NCBI GenBank assembly: GCA_003144275.1
Contig: NJBF01000063.1
Span: forward strand, 1 to 14,367
Direction: 5' to 3'
DNA length: 14,367 bases
DNA from: Candidatus Heimdallarchaeota archaeon B3_Heim
GTDB lineage: Archaea; Asgardarchaeota; Heimdallarchaeia; Hodarchaeales; Hodarchaeaceae
Shown here: positions 7,925-14,367 of the stretch, one piece after another
How the letters are laid out: every line of letters begins with the position of its first letter
How positions within the stretch are numbered: position 1 is the first letter of the stretch
The notes under the pieces: generated by a model
What the model was told of the DNA's origin: nothing
The model's database searches: none
The model's input: only the letters and a program-made list of their open reading frames with translations
Made by a program: the position numbers and the translations under genes

Positions 7925-10594
7925 TTATTCATTTGATGAAACAAGAATTGAGGGAAAGAGTAATTGAAATTCATTCCCTTTATTTACAAGGGGAAGAATC
8001 TTAAGTTTTCCACCATAATGTTGCATGATTACTGAGCATAATGAGAGACCGATGTAATGGCCTTGATATTCCCAATTATCGGTTATCTTACTTGAAAGCC
8101 GATAACTCACTTCTTCTGAAATCGGGGGAGAGTAGGAATCCTGAATAACAATGCGATAATAAGCAGCGAGCAATCCTCCTTCCATCTTAATGGGGAATTT
8201 TTTAAGGTTTTCTTTTTCACCTGTGATTTGGATGAATTGGAGGATTTCTACTAAAGCAGTCTTCAGATATTTATCACATAATAGGAGTCTATCAAGACTT
8301 GACTTATCAATTGTGATATCGGGTTCTAATTCTGGTATTTCTTTGAATATTTCCGAAATTACATCTAAGATACTATATAAGGATTTAAATTCCTTCACTG
8401 GTGATTGAAGAACATCAAAGATTTTATTAACGGTATCAATAGTTCGAGATGATTGATCAGCTATATTTATTATTTCTTGAATATTTTCAGGATCTATATT
8501 TCCTTCACGTTGCATTTCAAGGCGAATAAAATCTAAATTATTGACGATTTTCTGTAAATCATTGTTTACAAAATGGCTCATCATAGCATGATAGCGTTCT
8601 TCTTCTAATTTTACTTGTTTTAGAAGTCTTTCAGTTCTTTTGCGATCAGATACATCACGAACGAAAGCTAATTCAGCAGGAGAACTTTGATAAGTTGTCA
8701 AGCCTACATTAAGTTCCACTTCTAGCTTAGACCCATCCTTTTTACGTATCAGGGAATCATAAATATTGGGGACATCTTCTCCAGCCATTCGACGACGATA
8801 AAAATCCTCAACCTCAGATATCACATCTTCATGGAGGAAGTTGACAAAATATTTCCCAATTAATTCTGGGATTGAATACCCACTAATTTCTGCCACGCTC
8901 TGGTTAACATAGACAACTTTACTATCTTGGATTATAACAATTCCATCATTTGCTCTCTCAACCAAATTACGATACTGTTCTTCTGACTCTTGTAAGGAAT
9001 ATTCAATAGATTTCTGAATGGTTATGTCTGTAAACACACCAAAAGATCCAACAACTCTTTCATCATCATCTAATAAAACAGTACCAGCTATACGCGTTGT
9101 ACAGGTTGTTCCATCTTTTTTAATCCAAGTTAACTCATACGTAGAGGATAGTGATTTTTTTTCAAATCGTGATTTCACCACTTCTTCAAATTCTTTCCAT
9201 GAATCAGGAGCAAGAAAATCAGTTACTAGTCTCCCCATAAGTTCCTCTTCAGGGTAACCCAACATATTTTCTAACGCATTATTTACAAAAATTGTCCTAT
9301 CTCTACTATCCGTCACCCATACCCCTTCACCCATAGTAGTGATTAAAGTACGAAATCTTTTCTCACTTTCTTCTAATTCTTTACTAATACGTTTTCTTTC
9401 TGAAATATCACGAACAAAAACGAGATCCGCTGGATGATTTTGATATGTAATGATTCCAGCGTTTAATTCAACCTCAATCTTTTCACCATTTGCAAGTACA
9501 AGAGATGTTTCGTAAATTGGAGGGACTGCAATACCCTGCATCCGATCACGATACCTTTGAACAACTTCTTTCATTGCATCAGGATGAATATTTTGCTCGA
9601 AAGGAGTGCCGATAATTTCCTCGATTGGTTGACCTGACATTTTTGCCAATGAAGTATTAAGAAATTTAACAATACCATCTTGAATAATTGCAATTCCGTC
9701 AGTGGCTCTTTCCACTAACGTACGATACTTTTCTTCAGACTCTACGAGAGCTTGATTTGCTTCAATAATGTTGGTGATATCACTTGCAAAAACAGCAATC
9801 CTTACGACTTCATTTTGATTGTTTAGTATCGGATAAATCCAATTTTCAAAAACTATTCCGTTTCGACTATCACTGAATCGGATTGGAACCTTTTTAATTA
9901 TTGCTTCATTAATAAATTTCTCCCGATTCTCACGTACCATAGGAGAAAAGTATTCATAGATGCTTGTACCTATCATCCTATCCACGGTTCCCCCAAGCCG
10001 TTTTGCAGCCACTTCATTGAGAGTGATTATTTTACAATTTTTTTCCAAAAGTAAAGATGATTCAGGAGAGACACTAAGTAAGGAATCAATGTCAGTTAAG
10101 GCTCGTTCATGCGCAGAAAGAAATTCATCTTTACCAATCAGAGATTCAACAATTGTAAGAATATATTGAGGGATTTCATTGACTATGAGAGGGATTTTTC
10201 TAATTATGGAATGAAATTCCTTCCCGTGAAAAATGGTTACCTCTTCATTAGTGATAGGTGCACCTGTTGAAAAAACAGCCTGATAATCGTTACGGGCCGA
10301 TTCAGATAAGAAATTCAAAGCGTCAAAGATCGATTTATCAAGTACGTTTGGATCAACTGAAAATTCTTCCAGCATTTGGGTGTAAGCACCATTGATTGCA
10401 ATAAATACAAAATTTGTATCAATTATTTGCATAGGTTTGTCTATCGAATCTAGAATCTCTTTGAAATAAACCTTCAATGGTTCCGAACTATCTGTTACGG
10501 GCCTTAATTGTGTGAATTCTTCTCGAATGGCATCTTTAACATCCTCGGGGACATCATCTCGTGATAATATTGATTCCAATTTCATATTGTTCAC
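7925..10594 (-). CDS. Cytoplasmic multi-PAS (5 PAS) histidine-kinase-like protein with a degenerate HATPase domain
   Basis: Repeated PAS/PAC units (SEEKYRTLVE...VRDISERKR and similar), H-box SHFVNNDLQ and terminal IGLSLCSVIMQHYGG..GNEF. Start is GTG 10594 or ATG 10585. Confidence 0.88.
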   Translation of the reverse strand: MNNMKLESILSRDDVPEDVKDAIREEFTQLRPVTDSSEPLKVYFKEILDSIDKPMQIIDTNFVFIAINGAYTQMLEEFSVDPNVLDKSIFDALNFLSESARNDYQAVFSTGAPITNEEVTIFHGKEFHSIIRKIPLIVNEIPQYILTIVESLIGKDEFLSAHERALTDIDSLLSVSPESSLLLEKNCKIITLNEVAAKRLGGTVDRMIGTSIYEYFSPMVRENREKFINEAIIKKVPIRFSDSRNGIVFENWIYPILNNQNEVVRIAVFASDITNIIEANQALVESEEKYRTLVERATDGIAIIQDGIVKFLNTSLAKMSGQPIEEIIGTPFEQNIHPDAMKEVVQRYRDRMQGIAVPPIYETSLVLANGEKIEVELNAGIITYQNHPADLVFVRDISERKRISKELEESEKRFRTLITTMGEGVWVTDSRDRTIFVNNALENMLGYPEEELMGRLVTDFLAPDSWKEFEEVVKSRFEKKSLSSTYELTWIKKDGTTCTTRIAGTVLLDDDERVVGSFGVFTDITIQKSIEYSLQESEEQYRNLVERANDGIVIIQDSKVVYVNQSVAEISGYSIPELIGKYFVNFLHEDVISEVEDFYRRRMAGEDVPNIYDSLIRKKDGSKLEVELNVGLTTYQSSPAELAFVRDVSDRKRTERLLKQVKLEEERYHAMMSHFVNNDLQKIVNNLDFIRLEMQREGNIDPENIQEIINIADQSSRTIDTVNKIFDVLQSPVKEFKSLYSILDVISEIFKEIPELEPDITIDKSSLDRLLLCDKYLKTALVEILQFIQITGEKENLKKFPIKMEGGLLAAYYRIVIQDSYSPPISEEVSYRLSSKITDNWEYQGHYIGLSLCSVIMQHYGGKLKILPLVNKGNEFQLLFPSILVSSNE

Positions 10595-10716
10595 TTATTA
10601 GGGAGGGCTAAATTAGCATTACTCTCAATCTCACAATGTTGTCTTTTATAACAATCTGTTTCTCATCTTTGAACAGTAATAATTGTTCAAAATTCGCTTT
10701 TTATGGTAGAGATATC

Positions 10717-11349
10717 TTGGATAAAATAGAATTTGTTATTTTTGACTTAGACGACACATTGATTCACTCAGGAATAAATTATGCTGCTATTCGTGAAGAG
10801 ATTTGCGAATTTTTTCCAACTCGAGCTCTTATCTCGAACCTAGATAGAACACCAATCCTAAACCTTGCCTCTCAACTTAAAATGATCGACGAACAGCTCT
10901 ATAAGCAGGCTAAACAACTAATAGAGAAAAGCGAGGAAGAATCTGTTGAAAGAGCCGAAATTATGGAGGGTGCAGATAAAATACCAGAAATTCTTGAGCA
11001 GCACAAGACAAAAAGTGCTATCTATACTAATAATACACTAAAAACAGTTCAGCTCTATTTTCAAAAACCAGAATTTCAATTTTTAAAATATTTTGAATTC
11101 CTGACGAGAGATGATGTTATAATTCCAAAACCAAATCCAGAAGGAATTTTAACCCTACTACACAAGTATAACGCTTCAAAAGAAAATTCTGTGTACATAG
11201 GCGATTCATTTATTGATGCAGGTGCAGCTCGAGAGGCTGGAATCAGATTTGTTCTATTTGATTCACGCCAGTTAGATCTTGCTTCATTTGGAATTACTCC
11301 CTTTGCATCATTAGAGAAATGGTCAGAATTAGCCCGACTACTGCAATAG
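10717..11349 (+). CDS. HAD-family hydrolase (phosphoglycolate phosphatase-like); likely TTG start at 10717, ORF track begins 10636
   Basis: Motifs I-IV: FDLDDT, YTNN, KPNPEG and YIGDSFID. Confidence 0.9.
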   Translation: MDKIEFVIFDLDDTLIHSGINYAAIREEICEFFPTRALISNLDRTPILNLASQLKMIDEQLYKQAKQLIEKSEEESVERAEIMEGADKIPEILEQHKTKSAIYTNNTLKTVQLYFQKPEFQFLKYFEFLTRDDVIIPKPNPEGILTLLHKYNASKENSVYIGDSFIDAGAAREAGIRFVLFDSRQLDLASFGITPFASLEKWSELARLLQ

Positions 11350-11381
11350 AATACAGTTAAAACATCTGGAAATTACTAGTA

Positions 11382-12080
11382 ATGCCAAAAACAAAAATTA
11401 TAACTCAATTAGCGAAACAATTTCAATTGTCAGAGGAAGACCCATTATTTAACTCTGCTATCTATCCAAAATCATGTGGTGGTGGAGAAGAGTTTAAATA
11501 TTTGGCATTATATGGTGATGCTATTCTCAATTTACTACTTCTCGAAAATATATCAAGAAATGGAAGAATGAATTCAGGCCATATTACCGTAGCCCTTCAT
11601 TCATTCCATAATGACGATACTTTGTACCATATTTCCAAGAATCTAAGAATTCAAGAGGTAATGGAAGGACAATACAAAACAACTTCTATGACAAAAAATG
11701 ATCTAAAGGAAAGCGTTGAGGCATTATTAGGAGCAACCTATCAAAAAAATGGTTTAGAATCCTGTAAAGAAATAGTTACTAATCTTGTTCAAATAGCAAT
11801 AGAAAAAAATTTCCTTAATCCTAACCCAAAAGGAATTCTTCAAGTCATTTTCCAAAAGAAAAACCTTACAATCCCTCAGTATGAATCCACTCGAGTAGGC
11901 GGACCTGATCATCAGCAATTATTCCAGTGTACTGTTACAGGAAAGGATGAAGGAAAAAACTACAAACACCAAAGTGATATCTTTACAAGTAAGAAAGAGG
12001 CAGAAAAAGACGCAGCAAAAAAATTTTTGGCTGAATTAGGGGAACTAAAATTATTAGAGAATTCATTCTTCAGAGTTTGA
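11382..12080 (+). CDS. rnc: Ribonuclease III family protein with C-terminal dsRBD
   Basis: LALYGDAIL signature variant and KESVEALLGA. dsRBD motifs NPKGILQ, GGPDH and SKKEAEKDAA. Confidence 0.85.
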   Translation: MPKTKIITQLAKQFQLSEEDPLFNSAIYPKSCGGGEEFKYLALYGDAILNLLLLENISRNGRMNSGHITVALHSFHNDDTLYHISKNLRIQEVMEGQYKTTSMTKNDLKESVEALLGATYQKNGLESCKEIVTNLVQIAIEKNFLNPNPKGILQVIFQKKNLTIPQYESTRVGGPDHQQLFQCTVTGKDEGKNYKHQSDIFTSKKEAEKDAAKKFLAELGELKLLENSFFRV

Positions 12081-12213
12081 AGAATATTTTGAAAAATACT
12101 CAAAAAATATTACAGCGGTTATACGAAGAGTATCTGATAGAAAAGGCAATACCAAGTATTAATATACAAGGAATTTTAAGATCAATTTAGGAAAAAAAAC
12201 TTAACGAGTTTGG

Positions 12214-12435
12214 TTGAAGACAATGAGGAAATTTGCCTTCCAAGAATTAATGTATGCTATAGTAGTCGCGAGCAGCTACGGGCTGTTGTTAGGTTTACTT
12301 TATAATGATCAATCAGATTACTGGATCTTTTTTGTTTGGATACTTGTAATAACCTTACACATTGCTGGAATCTGGTTAATTGAATATCTTGAAACAAATA
12401 AACGCGAGAAGAAGAAAAAAGACAGTATCGATTAG
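12214..12435 (+). CDS. Small hypothetical membrane protein (2 TM, Lys-rich tail)
   Basis: Two hydrophobic segments and a basic C-terminus; co-oriented with the HAD and rnc genes. Confidence 0.65.
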   Translation: MKTMRKFAFQELMYAIVVASSYGLLLGLLYNDQSDYWIFFVWILVITLHIAGIWLIEYLETNKREKKKKDSID

Positions 12436-12533
12436 TTAAGGTTATTAACTTCATCAATTGTTAATCTACTATATACAAAAACTCATCCTTACATTTAGAT
12501 TTAATTTTTGGTTAATCGAGATGGTTATACACG

Positions 12534-14367
12534 CTATCTCGATAACTTGAGAGAATTGATAACTGTTAATAGAGTAACTCCGACATCCCCAAACACAGCA
12601 ACCCACATAGAAGCTAATCCAACTGTTCCTAGGACAATAAAAATCGCTTTTATTCCAAGAGCCATAATGATATTTTGTTTGGCAATTTTATTTGTGTGCT
12701 CCGCAATAAATATAGCATCATTCAAACGATCAGGATTATCATCCATTATAACTAAATCAGCAGCTTCAATAGAGGCATCAGAACCAATGGCACCCATAGC
12801 TACTCCAACATCGGCACGAGCTATTACTGGAGCGTCATTCATCCCATCACCAACAAACATAACTGCTCCGCCATGGTCTGATGCTTTTTGAAGGTACTGT
12901 TCAAGAATTTCTAGCTTGTTTAAGGGCATCAAACTGGCGTAGATATCTTCCCGCTTTATGCCTATTTCCTCCCCAACTCGTTCTGCGATATTTTTTGTAT
13001 CGCCTGTTAGTAATCCAATGTGAGGTACGCTATTTTTTCTTAAATTACTGATAGCCTCAAAAGCTGTAGGTTTAATCTTATCATCAATAATAATATATCC
13101 AATATAAGTATCATTGAGGACAACATATACCGCAGTCTCATCAGTAATGCAAGCCGAATGTGGACAATCAATCTCATGAACCATTTTGTCATTTCCAACA
13201 ATAATAGAATCCCCCATTTTTGTTTTCATCTTGATGCCTAATGCGGGTAGTTCCTCATATTCGTCAACTAGTGAAAGATCCACTTGTTTATTATATACTT
13301 TAAGAATAGATTTGGCAATAGGATGATTAGAATGAGCTTCCGCTAGTGCAGCATAGGCAATAACCTCCTGAGGAGTATAGTTTTCAGTAGGAACTACCAT
13401 GACAACTTCGAATTTTCCAATTGTCAATGTACCTGTTTTATCGAAAAGAACAGTTGATACTTCATTTAATGAATCAATAACATTGGCTCCTTTCAATAAC
13501 ACACCATATCGAGAACTTTTTCCGATTCCTGCAAAATAAACGAGGGGTATAGACACCACAAGAGCACAAGGACAGGAAATAACTAGCACTACAAGGGCAC
13601 GGTAAATCCATATCTCCATAGGTTCAACTAACAGGAAAGGAGGAATCGTTGCAATCATTATAGCAAGGATAAGTACAAAGGGAGTATAATATCGTGCAAA
13701 ACGAGTAATAAACACCTCTTTTTCTGATTTATGTTGAGTGGCATTTTCTACTACATTCAGAATTCGACTAACGGTTGATTCAGAATAATCCACAGTTACT
13801 TCAATTTTAATGCTCGAACTGGTAATTGCACCTGAAAGCACGTTATCACCCTTAACAAGTGAAACGGGACGTGATTCTCCAGTTAAAGCTGATAAATCGA
13901 GATTAGCATTAGAAGTGACTAGGATTCCATCTAATGGAACACGCTCTCCTGGTTTCACTAAAATTTTATTACCAGGAGTGATATTCTCAACTGGTACAGT
14001 TGTTACACCCTCCATAGTGACCAAATGGGCAACATCTGGACGAATATCCAATAATTCACTGATTGATTTTCGAGATTTGTTCACCGCTCTCGATTGTAAA
14101 TATTCCCCAACAGTGTAAAATACCATTACAGCCGCAGCTTCTGGAATTTCATCTATAATTATTGCACCTAATGTAGCTATAGACATAAGAAAATATTCAT
14201 TGGCAATATCCAGAGATCTAAGACGATAAAGAGCTTTTCTTAAAACATGAAAACCCGAGATGAAATAAGCTCCAAATAATACCAAAAATCCTCCAGTGAC
14301 CACTAAGGAAGGTAGTGATAAAGATGTGATCAACACAACAACTAATAAAATAAAAGTAGACACAATA
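12534..14367 (-). CDS. cadA: Heavy-metal P1B-type ATPase, Zn/Cd/Pb (P1B-2, CadA/ZntA-like); 5' end beyond the window
   Basis: TGES, CPC, DKTGT, SNHPIA and VGDGMNDAP motifs; TM7 Lys (GIKAIF) and TM8 DxG (FGDVG). The frame stays open to the window edge. Confidence 0.93.
   Translation of the reverse strand, partial: IVSTFILLVVVLITSLSLPSLVVTGGFLVLFGAYFISGFHVLRKALYRLRSLDIANEYFLMSIATLGAIIIDEIPEAAAVMVFYTVGEYLQSRAVNKSRKSISELLDIRPDVAHLVTMEGVTTVPVENITPGNKILVKPGERVPLDGILVTSNANLDLSALTGESRPVSLVKGDNVLSGAITSSSIKIEVTVDYSESTVSRILNVVENATQHKSEKEVFITRFARYYTPFVLILAIMIATIPPFLLVEPMEIWIYRALVVLVISCPCALVVSIPLVYFAGIGKSSRYGVLLKGANVIDSLNEVSTVLFDKTGTLTIGKFEVVMVVPTENYTPQEVIAYAALAEAHSNHPIAKSILKVYNKQVDLSLVDEYEELPALGIKMKTKMGDSIIVGNDKMVHEIDCPHSACITDETAVYVVLNDTYIGYIIIDDKIKPTAFEAISNLRKNSVPHIGLLTGDTKNIAERVGEEIGIKREDIYASLMPLNKLEILEQYLQKASDHGGAVMFVGDGMNDAPVIARADVGVAMGAIGSDASIEAADLVIMDDNPDRLNDAIFIAEHTNKIAKQNIIMALGIKAIFIVLGTVGLASMWVAVFGDVGVTLLTVINSLKLSR

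Noticed and set aside
10636-10716. N-terminal 27-aa extension of the HAD ORF
   Set aside because: HAD motif I normally lies within ~10 residues of the start; TTG 10717 gives MDKIEFVIFDLDDT.
12083-12111. Palindrome TTTTGA-N7-TCAAAA after rnc
   Set aside because: A/T-only arms in AT-rich DNA; could be a terminator or operator but is not distinguishable from chance.
12434-12450. Hairpin AGTTAA-ggtta-TTAACT between convergent genes
   Set aside because: Weak 6-bp AT-rich stem; insufficient support for a terminator call.
8190-14118. Short ORFs 8190-8408, 9018-9257, 9960-10169, 12257-12457, 12508-12891 and 13810-14118
   Set aside because: Antisense shadows of the PAS protein, small membrane protein and ATPase genes.

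Overview
AT-rich prokaryotic window. The gene set and protein styles suggest an archaeon, possibly Asgard/Heimdallarchaeia-like; this is inference, not tested. The first ~1.9 kb is a decayed, IS-hit region. It holds two same-strand copies (1-126, 1677-1792) of a structured element resembling the 3' end of tnpB, i.e. an omegaRNA scaffold with an IS607-type right end finishing in ...AGAACGG. The second copy has no intact tnpA or tnpB. The copies share conserved flanks but carry sequence-unrelated hairpins of the same shape, and each appears to interrupt a host gene (an SPFH-like gene and a small putative wHTH gene). The rest is intact genes: TlyA-like RNA methyltransferase, beta-carbonic anhydrase, a 996-aa receiver/receiver/PPDK-type ATP-grasp/His-domain protein divergent from NADP-type glutamate dehydrogenase (gdhA), a 5xPAS histidine-kinase-like protein with degenerate ATP-binding boxes, a HAD hydrolase, an atypical RNase III+dsRBD, a small membrane protein and a 5'-truncated P1B-2 heavy-metal ATPase. 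The best leads are the TnpB-less omegaRNA elements and the REC-dikinase/GDH module as a possible non-GHKL phosphorelay.
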